Below, in pieces: positions 15,638-26,300 of a stretch of DNA of 64,000 bases (its first letter is position 1; each line of letters opens with the position of its first letter). Origin of the DNA: an uncultured virus (IMG/VR IMGVR_UViG_3300046167_000780) (taxonomy: Duplodnaviria; Heunggongvirae; Uroviricota; Caudoviricetes; Demerecviridae); IMG/VR virus record IMGVR_UViG_3300046167_000780; one strand, 5' to 3'. Made by a program: the position numbers and the translations under genes. A model generated the notes under the pieces. That model saw only the letters and a program-made list of their open reading frames with translations. It was not told the origin of the DNA and made no database searches.

Positions 15638-17640
15638 TGGAAAAGATTTTTAACCTTACTTCTACGTTTAAAGCACTTAATGAAGACGACGATGGTAGCG
15701 TCCACATTTGCGGAATGGCTAGCACTGCTGACTTCGACCGAGCTGGAGATACAATTTCAGCCGAAGCATGGACCAAGGGTGGCCTTGGTAACTTCGAAAA
15801 GAATCCTATCATTCTTTTCAATCACGATTATAACAAGCCTATCGGACGCGCTACAGGACTTAAAGTCACTGAAAACGGTCTTGAACTTAAGGCTAAAATT
15901 TCTAAGTCTGCGCCCGATCATGTCGCGCAGCTTGTAAAAGAAGGCATTCTTGGAGCATTTTCTGTTGGTTTCCGAGTCAAGGATGCTGATTACCTATCGG
16001 AAACCGACGGATTAAAGATAAAGGATGCTGAGTTGTTTGAAGTATCAGTAGTATCGGTACCTTGTAACCAAGCAGCTACTTTCTCTCTCGCGAAATCATT
16101 TGACTCTATTGAAGAGTACAATGAATTCAAAAAAACTTTCACTAATAGTGTAGATCTAGCCGGTCAGTCTCTGGCTAAAGATGAAGATTCATTTGAAGCT
16201 AGTGATGCACCGGATGGAACTGAAAAGTCAGTTCAAAAGGAGATAACAATGTCGGAAGTAAAAACTCCCGAAATCGACCTGGAGGCTTTTGCTAAGAAGG
16301 TAGCGGATGAGACTGCTGCTAAAATCGCAATTCGTCAGGCCGAAGAAAAAGCCGCTGTTGAAGCAGAAGCTAAAGCAGCACAAGAAGCAGTAGAAGCTGA
16401 GGCCGCAAAGCAGGCTGAAGTTGAGACTGTAATCAAAACTGGTATTGAGTCAGGTGCTGAGCGCCTCTTGGCCGACGTCGAAGCAAAGCTTGCTGAGAAA
16501 GATGCTAAGATTGAGGAAGTAATTGCTCAATATAAGACTGACCTCGAAGAGAAGAATGCTGAAATCACTGCTATGCGTGATTCAAAGCGCGTCTTCGCTG
16601 ATCGTACCGAGTCTGGCAACATTTCAAAGTGGGGCAAGGACTTTATGTATGGCCACCTTCTAGGTGTAATGACTGGAAAAGGTTGGGAAACTAACTACTC
16701 TAAGAGCCTTATGGAAAAAGCAGGTATCAACTATGCAGCTAATGCTGGTGATATTGCTCAAGAAGTCTCTACTGCAATCGAGAAGGAAATCATGCTCGAG
16801 CTTAAGCTCGCTCAAGCTTTCCGTGAGATCACAATTAACTCACAGACTCAAGTATTGCCAATCCAGACAGATGCAGGTCCTGCAGCTTGGGGTTCAAACA
16901 CTGATACCGCAGGTAACTTGGAGAACCGTCCTCAAGTCACTAACGTACAGTACAATGCTAAGCAAGTAATCCTGAAAGCAACTCGATTGATCTCGACTAC
17001 TTTCATGGACAACAACATTGACGAAGAAGTTCTTGTTAACTTGATGCCAATGCTTGTTGAGTCAGTTGCACGTGCACACGCTCGCGCAGTAGACGGAGCT
17101 CTTCTTACTGGTACTTCCGGTGGTTCAGAAGCGTTTGATGGCCTCGAAGCTCTTGCAGGCAACAATAAGTTTACAACTTCAGTGGCAGCAGCCGGTACTG
17201 GCGTTGTTGACGCAGCAGACTTCCTCGGAGCACGTAAGCTTATGGGTAAGTATGGCATGATGCCAGAAGATCTGATCTATGTTGTATCTCAGAAGCGTTA
17301 CTACGATCTAATTGCTGATGCAGGCTTTGCCGACATCACAGACGTAGGCTCTGACGTTGCGACTAAGATTACAGGTTCTGTAGGTTCAATCTTTGGAACT
17401 CCAGTAGTTGTATCTGATCAGCTCGAAGCAGAAGGCGCAAACGCCTCTGTAGGTTATGCTGTTAACGTTCGTAACCACGTAATCCCACGTCTCCGCGGTG
17501 TATCCGTAGAGCAAGATTACGAAGTACTCAATCAGCGTCGAGTAATCGTTGCTAGCCAGTCACTCGGCTTCAACCAACTCGTTGCTAATAACGGTACTAC
17601 TGACGTATCTGTTGTTAAGCTAGTTCAAGCGGGCTCTTAA
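15637..17640 (+). CDS. Prohead protease fused in frame to scaffold domain plus HK97-fold major capsid protein
   Basis: Protease motifs DRAGD, LFNHD, FSVGF, LFEVSVVSVPCN; coiled coil; MCP motifs; internal AAGGAG-ATG at 16249. Confidence 0.92.
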   Translation: MEKIFNLTSTFKALNEDDDGSVHICGMASTADFDRAGDTISAEAWTKGGLGNFEKNPIILFNHDYNKPIGRATGLKVTENGLELKAKISKSAPDHVAQLVKEGILGAFSVGFRVKDADYLSETDGLKIKDAELFEVSVVSVPCNQAATFSLAKSFDSIEEYNEFKKTFTNSVDLAGQSLAKDEDSFEASDAPDGTEKSVQKEITMSEVKTPEIDLEAFAKKVADETAAKIAIRQAEEKAAVEAEAKAAQEAVEAEAAKQAEVETVIKTGIESGAERLLADVEAKLAEKDAKIEEVIAQYKTDLEEKNAEITAMRDSKRVFADRTESGNISKWGKDFMYGHLLGVMTGKGWETNYSKSLMEKAGINYAANAGDIAQEVSTAIEKEIMLELKLAQAFREITINSQTQVLPIQTDAGPAAWGSNTDTAGNLENRPQVTNVQYNAKQVILKATRLISTTFMDNNIDEEVLVNLMPMLVESVARAHARAVDGALLTGTSGGSEAFDGLEALAGNNKFTTSVAAAGTGVVDAADFLGARKLMGKYGMMPEDLIYVVSQKRYYDLIADAGFADITDVGSDVATKITGSVGSIFGTPVVVSDQLEAEGANASVGYAVNVRNHVIPRLRGVSVEQDYEVLNQRRVIVASQSLGFNQLVANNGTTDVSVVKLVQAGS

Positions 17641-17653
17641 TAGCTAGATAAAT

Positions 17654-17684
17654 AAACTGGGGAGGGTTTCCTCCCCAAGTTTTT
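17654..17684 (+). terminator. Intrinsic terminator after capsid gene
   Basis: TGGGGAGG-GTTT-CCTCCCCA followed by T-run. Confidence 0.85.
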
Positions 17685-17699
17685 ACTAATTGATTTATT

Positions 17700-18281
17700 A
17701 TGGCAGATTTAATTACTCTTGCAGAATACAAAGAAATTGAAGGAATAGCAAGTCCTAAAGAAGACTTGCGCCTTGCTACTTTAGTCCCTTCCGTGAGTCA
17801 ATTAGTAAAAACTTATTGTGGTAATTCTTTGGTAGATTACTACTCTACAAATAAAATAGAAGAATTTAATGTTGACTGGGAAACTTACATTGTTCAATTA
17901 ACTGAAAGCCCTGTTAACTCAGTCGTTTCAGTAGAAAAAAGAGACTCCGTAACGGAAAGTTACACCACCGTGCCAACTACAGACTATTATCTTGACAAGA
18001 AGACGGATAGTGTACTTTACGTTACGGGGTCGACCTATAAAAACTGGCCTCGCGGAGCGGCGTCAGTAAAAGTTACATATAAAGCGGGATACGAAGCATG
18101 CCCTACAGATTTAAAACTCGCAGTAGTTGATTTAATTACATACTATTTACGAGACGAGCATAAAGAACGTAAAACTTTAGCAGGAGCTACTATACAAAAC
18201 CAAGGATCAACTAGTTTGCGGGACAGTGTAGCTTTTCCAGATCATATTAAGCGAGTGCTTGATTTGTATAAAAACTTTTAA
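17700..18281 (+). CDS. Head-tail connector/head completion protein (T5 p144-like)
   Basis: LITLAEYK, VKTYCG, VTYKAGY..P.DLKLA; synteny. Confidence 0.85.
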   Translation: MADLITLAEYKEIEGIASPKEDLRLATLVPSVSQLVKTYCGNSLVDYYSTNKIEEFNVDWETYIVQLTESPVNSVVSVEKRDSVTESYTTVPTTDYYLDKKTDSVLYVTGSTYKNWPRGAASVKVTYKAGYEACPTDLKLAVVDLITYYLRDEHKERKTLAGATIQNQGSTSLRDSVAFPDHIKRVLDLYKNF

Positions 18282-19708
18282 TGAGTGCTTCAAGTTTAAA
18301 TGGCTTTTTGAAAAAAGTTTTAAACGACTTAGAGAATACTAAGTCCGGTCCTTATAGAGCTTTAGTTGCTAATAGGCGCCCTCATCACTTTGAATTTAAT
18401 GCTTCAGAAGTGACGGAAGAAATAAAAAAAGAGCTTGTTGCTTCCGGTATTCCTGTAACAAGCCAGGATAAAAAAACAATACTAGGATTTGCTCAGCTAT
18501 TTAAAACAAGATTAGAGGGAAGATTAAAAAGGATTGCTAAACAATCTGGAGGTAAACTAAGGAGCACTAAGAATACATTAAAGTTCACCTTTACTTCAAA
18601 TACTGTAAATAACTATGCAGGTGATTATAGTACTCCCGGAGATGTATTTCAAGCTATAAAAGATTTTTACAGAGAGCCTTTGAAGGAGTTTTTCACTTCA
18701 GTACAAAATTATTTAACAGAACAAACTTTTACTAATGAAGAAACTGGAAGAACTAAGACTAAAGCATTACGTACAAAAAGCGGCAAAAAAAGACAAAGTG
18801 GAGGCAGAGTTCTTCATGCGGGTCACGCAGGAGATGAAGGTATTGCTCAAAGTATTATTGCAGATACTTTAAACAGTCTAATAGATATTGTAGGCGTTGT
18901 AGATGATAAAGGAGATCAAATATCTGAAAGAGACATTCGTACAGATTTGGAAGCCTTAGACATTGATTTATCTATAATGAGAGATAATGATACAGACTCT
19001 CATACAATTAAGCTAGAGTCTGGAAAAGACAATATGGCTAGAGGAAGAGAAATACGCGCTCAAAAAGAAGCTTTAATAAAGCAAATAAAGAAAGCTATTA
19101 AAACTACCGGTACAGCTATGAAAGTAGGAGCGGGCCTAGAGAACTTATCAGGGTCTGATTCTATCTATAAAAAGAAACGAAAAACTACTATTAAAAAAGT
19201 AACTAATGAGTTCAAAAAAATTCCAGGAGTCAAGGTTACTGTAGAAGACACTAAAATTAAAAAGTCTAGCGGTAAAGAAGAATTACTTACTTCTAAATCT
19301 TCCGCAAAGGCAGGAAGCCGTAAAAGTTATGGAGCGGCAGCGGTAAAATTAGCTAGAGGAAAAAGAAAACCTGCAAGGAAGCCTAGTGCAGCGTCTCAAC
19401 AGCTGCAATTAATATCATTAATGAATAAAAGATTGCCTAATGCAATTGTAAATAATATGGGAGATCCTGCTTTGAATAACCAAAGCGGGAGATTTGCAGC
19501 TTCAGTTAGAGTAATTAACATATTACAAACTCCAAAAGGTTTTCCAAGTTTTGGGTACTCTTACGAAAAGTTTCCGTACCAGACATTTGAACAAGGTATA
19601 GGGCAACAAGGAACTATGGATAGAGATCCTCGTCGTCTTATAGATAGAACTATTAGAGAAGTAGCAACAGAGTTTGCTGTAGGAAGACTGTTTACTAGGA
19701 GATTATAA
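18281..19708 (+). CDS. Tail completion/neck protein (T5 p143-like, enlarged)
   Basis: C-terminal ALNNQSGRFAASV, PYQTFE, RDPRRLIDRTIRE; synteny. Confidence 0.7.
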   Translation: MSASSLNGFLKKVLNDLENTKSGPYRALVANRRPHHFEFNASEVTEEIKKELVASGIPVTSQDKKTILGFAQLFKTRLEGRLKRIAKQSGGKLRSTKNTLKFTFTSNTVNNYAGDYSTPGDVFQAIKDFYREPLKEFFTSVQNYLTEQTFTNEETGRTKTKALRTKSGKKRQSGGRVLHAGHAGDEGIAQSIIADTLNSLIDIVGVVDDKGDQISERDIRTDLEALDIDLSIMRDNDTDSHTIKLESGKDNMARGREIRAQKEALIKQIKKAIKTTGTAMKVGAGLENLSGSDSIYKKKRKTTIKKVTNEFKKIPGVKVTVEDTKIKKSSGKEELLTSKSSAKAGSRKSYGAAAVKLARGKRKPARKPSAASQQLQLISLMNKRLPNAIVNNMGDPALNNQSGRFAASVRVINILQTPKGFPSFGYSYEKFPYQTFEQGIGQQGTMDRDPRRLIDRTIREVATEFAVGRLFTRRL

Positions 19709-20163
19709 TGGCTACACCAAGAACTTATACTTCTAGAAGATTTAATATAGTAGAAGCTCTTACAAATAAGCTTAAAAATATAGACGGCTCAGGAGCTTTT
19801 CTTACTGATGTAGCCAACAATGTGCATCCAAGACTAAAGTTTTGGGACGAAGTAGAAGATTTTCCTGCAATTCATTTAAACGCAGGAAGTGAGACTAGAG
19901 AGTACCAAGCCGGAGGCTACAAAGATAGATTTTTAGGCGTTACCATACGCTGTTACGTTAATTCAGAAGATGCTCAAGAGGAGTTAAATCTTTTAATGGA
20001 AGACGTAGAAACTGTTGTAGAACAAAATTCAAATTTACAATATTTTGATAGACTCAATAATGAGTTTAATTGTCAACAAATTACAGTCATTAGTATAACT
20101 ACTGATGAAGGTGTTTTGGAACCTTTCGGAGTTGGAGAACTCGAAATAGAGGTTCGATACTAG
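19708..20163 (+). CDS. Tail terminator protein (T5 p142-like)
   Basis: FWDEVEDFP, GSETREY, ITTDEGVLEPFGVGE. Confidence 0.85.
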   Translation: MATPRTYTSRRFNIVEALTNKLKNIDGSGAFLTDVANNVHPRLKFWDEVEDFPAIHLNAGSETREYQAGGYKDRFLGVTIRCYVNSEDAQEELNLLMEDVETVVEQNSNLQYFDRLNNEFNCQQITVISITTDEGVLEPFGVGELEIEVRY

Positions 20164-20224
20164 AAACGACTGGCACGAACAAACGTTCACGTCCTAGTCC
20201 TTTCAATATGCATAGGAGATTACT

Positions 20225-21532
20225 ATGGCAACTCAATTATATTTTAGCCGGGATACCAAATGCTACATTGAGTTTAAAAATGTAGTGTGGGAAATGCCCA
20301 TATTGGATGGCTTTAGCTTTTCACAAGCAAACAACACCTCCGAAATTTCTTTAACAGAAATGGAATCATCTGGTGGTGTAAGCCGACGCGGTCGACGCGC
20401 GTTTAATGACTCTCTTGCTGCTGGCGAGTGGTCATTTTCAACTTATGTTCGTCCTTTCCAGGCAACTGGAGCGGGGCTAGGGACAGGATCAGCAGATACT
20501 GCAGCTAAAGTACACGCGGTAGAAGAAGTTTTATGGGCAATGATGGCAGGCTCTGATACATATACAGGAGCTGCATTTAAACGTACAGCGAATCCTGCTG
20601 AAACTAATGGTCCAGTTATTACTCCTGCTACAAACGAGTCTGCAATTACTTTTGCAGAATCTAATCGTTCAACCTTTCAAACTGCAAATATTTATTTTGT
20701 GATGGGTGACGCAAACCGAACAGTGATTAAGTTAAAGGATGCAGTTGTAAACGAAGCCTCTATTGATTTTGAAATTGATGGTATTGCTACTATTAACTGG
20801 TCTGGCCAATGTTCAGAAGTACTTGATTTCAGCGGAAGTACTATTGAAGATACTGCAATTCCGGTAGATACTGACGTTACTCGTGATTCAACGGGCTCTA
20901 GTGATACTGTTGCGATCGGAGATGTTTGGTTAGACTCAAACGATAGCTATCGTTTATACGTACTCACTGCAATTAATAGCGGGGCAGATTCTGGCCATAC
21001 TACTTACGTAAATGAAGCTCTTACAGACTCAGATAACTTTATTCGTAACCGACTTACTCAGCTAAGTATTAATGGTGCGGGCACAACTGGCCTACTTTCA
21101 GGAGCAGATGCGTACAAGTTAACTCTTACTGGAGGAAATATTACAATTTCTAATAATGTTACATACATTACTCCAGAAGAACTAGGCGTAGTAAACGTTC
21201 CGATTGGTCACGTAACAGGAGGAAGAGCGGTGTCTGGTAGCTTTACTTGTTATCTTGCACTAGATAGTACAGCTATGGACGGTACTGGAGACTTATCTAG
21301 AGACTTCTTTGAAGATCTTCGTAACCTTACTAGTACAGTTACAAATAGTGTAGCTTTAACATTTAAGATTGGAGGAGGCTCAGGACGTCGTTTAGAGTTA
21401 AGCTTCCCTACTGCACACGTAGAGATTCCAACTCACTCAATTGAAGATGTTATTTCTCTTGAAACTAATTTCATGGCATTACCTTCTACAATTGATGGTA
21501 CAAATGAAGTAAGTCTCACCTACAAAGTATAA
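20225..21532 (+). CDS. Major tail tube protein (T5 pb6-like)
   Basis: ILDGFSFSQ, FNDSL...EWSFSTYVRP, FIRNRLT, ISNNVTYITPEELG. Confidence 0.9.
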   Translation: MATQLYFSRDTKCYIEFKNVVWEMPILDGFSFSQANNTSEISLTEMESSGGVSRRGRRAFNDSLAAGEWSFSTYVRPFQATGAGLGTGSADTAAKVHAVEEVLWAMMAGSDTYTGAAFKRTANPAETNGPVITPATNESAITFAESNRSTFQTANIYFVMGDANRTVIKLKDAVVNEASIDFEIDGIATINWSGQCSEVLDFSGSTIEDTAIPVDTDVTRDSTGSSDTVAIGDVWLDSNDSYRLYVLTAINSGADSGHTTYVNEALTDSDNFIRNRLTQLSINGAGTTGLLSGADAYKLTLTGGNITISNNVTYITPEELGVVNVPIGHVTGGRAVSGSFTCYLALDSTAMDGTGDLSRDFFEDLRNLTSTVTNSVALTFKIGGGSGRRLELSFPTAHVEIPTHSIEDVISLETNFMALPSTIDGTNEVSLTYKV

Positions 21533-21550
21533 TAATAATATCTATTCTTT

Positions 21551-21572
21551 AAGGGGCTTCGGCCCCTTTTTT
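21551..21572 (+). terminator. Intrinsic terminator after tail tube gene
   Basis: AAGGGGC-TTCG-GCCCCTT plus T-run. Confidence 0.9.
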
Positions 21573-21595
21573 ATTACTCCTTCAAAAAATAAATC

Positions 21596-21624
21596 TTGAC
21601 ATTTTTCCTCACGTACCCTATAAT
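21596..21624 (+). promoter_or_regulatory. Perfect sigma70 promoter for tail-tip operon
   Basis: TTGACA 21596-21601, N17, TATAAT 21619-21624. Confidence 0.9.
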
Positions 21625-21671
21625 ACAAGAAGTTAGTAATATAAAAACAGGCTTTTAGCAGAGTAAATTAC

Positions 21672-22559
21672 ATGCCAACCTACAATTTTAAACAAGAGGC
21701 ACAAGTTTATGTAGTTAACGGAACAAACAGACACAGAATAGACGTAACAGACGTATCATTTAGTCAAACGTTTTCTGAAGAAAGTTATGCCGTTAATACT
21801 ATACACGCGCCTAATGATTTATTTGAAGGGAGCATAATTAATAAAGCAAACGCAGCAAACTTTTCGTTTAGTTTGCCTGTGCTCCAAGAAGCTGATTATG
21901 CTGTGCTAGAAACGCTGTTACTTAGTGCCGGTTCTTTTGATTTATATGTAAAAACAGAAGCTGATACCTTTAAAATTGAAACAGCAGTAATTACAAATGG
22001 GAGTTTCGTTATCGAGCGATCTCGACCCCTGAGTATGGAGATTCAAGGAGAAGGTGGAAAGTTGACAAGGGGAGCTACTTTAACAGGTACTCTTCAGTCT
22101 CGTAGTTCAACTAAAAACTACATTGTACCTATTGTAGATATTACACTAAGTGGTTCATCTCTTTCAAATATTGTAAGACTTACTATGGAACTACAAAATG
22201 AAATTGAATGGACACCCTACGCTACCGTAGGAGGTGCTATATCTGCAACATCCGCTGCAACGTCGATGTATCCATCTGCGTTCACTATCTCCAAAAAAAT
22301 ACTTGCTGGTTCGATAACTCAATATCTTACCGATAGTAACACTTCAAATACTCTCGAGTGGGATACCGATGCTTTTTTAACGATAAAAGCAGGAAATGGA
22401 CAACCAGGAAGCGCTTTTAGGGGCTTCTTTTTTGGTCCCGCAATTTGCACATTTACAAACAGAATTAACACAGGAAATACATTCCTGCAAAACTACGATT
22501 GGAGAATGGTTCAAAATCCTTCCAATCTTGGAACAATACTTAGATATCAAACTGACTGA
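21672..22559 (+). CDS. Minor tail/baseplate tube protein (T5 p140-like)
   Basis: SFSQTF.E..Y...TIH, NAANFSF; synteny. Confidence 0.8.
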   Translation: MPTYNFKQEAQVYVVNGTNRHRIDVTDVSFSQTFSEESYAVNTIHAPNDLFEGSIINKANAANFSFSLPVLQEADYAVLETLLLSAGSFDLYVKTEADTFKIETAVITNGSFVIERSRPLSMEIQGEGGKLTRGATLTGTLQSRSSTKNYIVPIVDITLSGSSLSNIVRLTMELQNEIEWTPYATVGGAISATSAATSMYPSAFTISKKILAGSITQYLTDSNTSNTLEWDTDAFLTIKAGNGQPGSAFRGFFFGPAICTFTNRINTGNTFLQNYDWRMVQNPSNLGTILRYQTD

Positions 22560-22571
22560 GGAGGTCATTGA

Positions 22572-23021
22572 ATGGAACTTAAAAAACTTATGGTCGACAG
22601 CAAAGCTGTCTGGATCGATTTTCCAGGCTTATCTGGATTTTCGGTAGAAGTAGCAAATCTTTCACGTAAAGAGCTTACAGCACTACGTAAGCGTTGTACT
22701 TCACAAAAATTTGATCGTAAAACACGACAGCTTGTAGAAGATTTAGATGAAGACAAATTTATATCACAATTTTCTGATGCAAGTATAAAAAATTGGAAAG
22801 GTCTTACTGTAGAGCACCTTGAAACTTTGATCTTAATTGATACAGACGGACAAGACCCTTCAGCTGAGATAGAGTATTCAAAAGAAAACGCAGAAGTTCT
22901 TGTAACAAACTCATCTGAATTTGATACGTGGCTCAACGAGGTAGTCTTCGATTTAGATAACTTTCGTACAGGAGCAAAGACAGAAAGCCCTAGAAAGGCT
23001 AGAAAAACTATTCAAGAATAG
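22572..23021 (+). CDS. Tail assembly chaperone (G-like)
   Basis: IKNWKGLT, YSKENAEVL..NSSEFDTWL; upstream of tape measure. Confidence 0.85.
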   Translation: MELKKLMVDSKAVWIDFPGLSGFSVEVANLSRKELTALRKRCTSQKFDRKTRQLVEDLDEDKFISQFSDASIKNWKGLTVEHLETLILIDTDGQDPSAEIEYSKENAEVLVTNSSEFDTWLNEVVFDLDNFRTGAKTESPRKARKTIQE

Positions 23022-23370
23022 CGATTCTGGAATGACTAGAGATCGTTACCTAGATATGATGGAACAGCTAGGTAAAGATCCCGTAGAAGAAGAAATACCT
23101 CCAGATTTAGAAGATTTACCCTCTACCGTAATAGAGGCTCTAAATACTTTTAATACTTTAGGAGACAGAGTCTACCCTGAAATAGGGTACATAGGAAAAG
23201 ACTACACTAACCTACCTTTCTTTTTAGATATTTATGAGGTAGTAGATATAGAATTTTTCCTAGAGATACTAGCATGGTTAGACTCAAGAGCTATCAAAAA
23301 GTCTTCAGAAGAGCTGAAGAAAGAATATGATAAGCTAAAGAGAAAGTCAAGTGGCAGCAAACGAAGTTAA
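22963..23370 (+). CDS. Tail assembly chaperone extension (T-like), probably reached by +1 frameshift
   Basis: Frame is open from 22957, well upstream of ATG 23032, which has a weak RBS; YIGKDYTNL motif. Confidence 0.75.
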   Translation, partial: FVQEQRQKALERLEKLFKNSDSGMTRDRYLDMMEQLGKDPVEEEIPPDLEDLPSTVIEALNTFNTLGDRVYPEIGYIGKDYTNLPFFLDIYEVVDIEFFLEILAWLDSRAIKKSSEELKKEYDKLKRKSSGSKRS

Positions 23371-26300
23371 ATTAACAATTAAAGTCGGGGACAACGGCTC
23401 TCTTGACGTCGTTGCAAAAAAAGCAAAAAAAGCTGCCAAGGAAACGGAAGAGGTAGGAAAAGCTACCGACAAAACTACAAAGTCTAGGAATCGATTTAAT
23501 AAAGGCGAAAAAGGAGTAGCAGGCGCTACAAATAATAGTACAAAAGCTTTTTCTAAGATGAGAGACTCTATGACAGGGGGCGGAGGTCTTGTTCCTGCCT
23601 ATGCAACTCTTGCTGCTAACGTATTTGCTTTAAGTGCTGCATTCGGAGTATTGCAAAGAGCCGCCCAACTAGAACAGCTTAAGCAAGGATTCGAAGTACT
23701 AGCAAATACCGCAGGTCGTAGTGCTAATGTTATCGTATCAAGCATACAACAGATAACTGATGGAGCCGTATCTGCGGACTCTGCTTTTAGAACAGCAGCA
23801 GCAGGCTTTAATGCTGGATTCTCTTCTTTAGAAATTGAAAGACTAACTAAAATTGCAAAAACTGCTTCCCAAGCTTTAGGGCGAAACTTAACAGATTCGT
23901 TAGACAGGCTAATACGAGGTACCGCAAAACTAGAGCCCGAAATTCTTGACGAACTTGGTATCTTCATACGGTTGGATGATGCTGTTAAAACTTATGCGGA
24001 AAATTTAAATAAAACTGCAGGAGAGTTAACTCAAGCAGAGCGCAGACAAGCTTTTTTAAACTCCGCCTTAGAACAGGGCGAGCTAAAGTTTGGTGGTCTG
24101 GGGGATTCTATTCCGGCTAATCCTTTCGATAAACTTGCAGCAAATTTTGATAAAATTTCAAAAACCTTTTTAACAATCGTAAGTACAATTCTAGGCCCCG
24201 TAATTAGTGTACTAGCAAACAGTACTATTGCTTTGGTAGGTGTTTTAATTCTGTTTGGCAATACAATAACTAGTCAAATTTTTCCTGTATTAGAGAATTT
24301 AGGGGGTAAGTATGCCACCGCCTCACAAGCAGCACAAAAGTCCGCAGAAGATCAGGTACAGGCTCAAAAAAAGCTAATAAAAAATAGTAAAAAACAATTT
24401 AAAGAAACAAGCCCTCTTAATGAAAAATCTAGATTTGCATTAATTCAAAAAAAGATACGTGCTAAAGAAAAGGTAGACTTAGCAGAACTAAAAATTGCTC
24501 AAGATTCTTTAGCTCTTTCTGAAGAAAAAAGAGCACTAAATCTTTCAAAGTATGAGGGAGAAATTCTTGCTAAAAAACAAGCAGAACTAAACCTAGTTCG
24601 CCAGCAAAAAGTAGCGGTAGAAAACTTAATAGCGGCAGAAAAAGGCCGTGGAAAGTTTCAAGTAGGCGCTTCACGAGCAGGAAGACTAAAAGACTTAGAG
24701 CAAGGTGTAAGCGACTCTGTTGCAGATATTCAGAATGCAGGAACCTTGGAGGGGTTTAAAAAAGCTAGACAAGGTTTAAAAGAGTATAGAGAAGATAAAG
24801 TTACTTTAGTTAGAACAACAGAATCTTTTCGTACCGGAAACAAAAAACTTGATAGAATGCTTAAAAAAATTGCTATTAGTTTTCGAGTAGGAGGAGTAGC
24901 AGCTAGGCTATTCGGAACTGCACTAATAAACGCTATTCCTGTAATTGGTCAAATAATTTTTGTATTAGGCCTAGTAATTTCAGCATTCACATCTTTAGCA
25001 AAATCTGTTTTTGGCCCTACGGAAGCAATGCAAAAATTTAATGAAGTTGTTTCTTCTTCCGCAGATAAAATCAAGCAGCTAGACGAGGCAAATGATAAAT
25101 TAGAGTCAAAATATTATGGAGTACTAATTTCCCAGGAGCAAGCAAAAAAGGGAGTAGAAAAACTAACAATAGCTCGCTTAGAAGAAATAAAAGCAACTGC
25201 TGAAAATTTTGCAAACGTAGAAAAATACGCAAATACATTAAAAGTAACCTCGGGCATAGTAGGAGAGTTTGCGGATGCTGTTGATGGTTTAGCTGCCGAA
25301 ATGCGCAAAGAAGAAGAGCCTGGATTTTTACAAAGCTTAGTTTCTTATACTACAGGGGGCGTTTTCTCTGCTGTACAAGCCGCTATTAGAGGTATAAAAT
25401 CCGCTTTTATAGCTCTAAAAGAGGTTTTGACCGATAATATAATAACTAAAGCATTTGGTATGGCCGTAGAAGCTTTAGGAACTTTAGGTAAAAAACTTTT
25501 TCCAGAACTTGCTAGAGGCATAGATATTGCTCCTGTTTTAAATAAAACTGAAACTTTTAAATCTGAAGTTTTAAATCAATTTAAAGAGTTAGAGCAAAAT
25601 GCTCCTGCAGCGGCAAAAGCTATAACTGATAGTTTGGGGGTCTCTTTTTCAGACTTTGTAGAGCAGCAGTTCGTAGGTATAGATGCTGCTGAAGACTACA
25701 ATGCTGCTCAAAAAGCTTTTGAGAGAGGCTCTATTGCCGTTGCAGGAGTACTAAAGAAAGGAGCAGTTGAAACTAAAAAAGCTTCAGACGCTATTTTTAA
25801 CTTTGGAGAAAATGTTAGAGAGGCGGGAACGGGTCTTGCAAGCTTCAGAAATAAATTCTTTAAGCAAGGAGAGTTCGGAGATTTAGCTGCAAAAATTAAA
25901 AATACCGCTTTAGAAATAAATAATTTAAGAGATGCAACAGAGCGGGAAGGCAGTACTACTACTTTTGCAGATGCACTTGCGTTAAAAATAAAGCAAGGAG
26001 AAATTAACTTAGGAGACTATGGAGTAAGTTTTGAGGAAGTTAAAGAAAAAGGCGGGGATGCCTTTGCAAATTTAATAAACAAATTTACTAGTTTAGACGT
26101 AAAAACAAGGGAATATAAACAAAGTGTATCAAGGCTAAAGGCTGAGCTAGCCAATATTGACCAAATTGCTGCTTTTGAAAAGATAGATAATGAAGTACTT
26201 GATATATTGGAGGGGTTACGAGAAACAGGCACGGCAGCACAGTTAGCAGGAAGAGGCTTAAAGGAGCTAACAAATGTACAGGCCAGAGCCAAACAAGATG

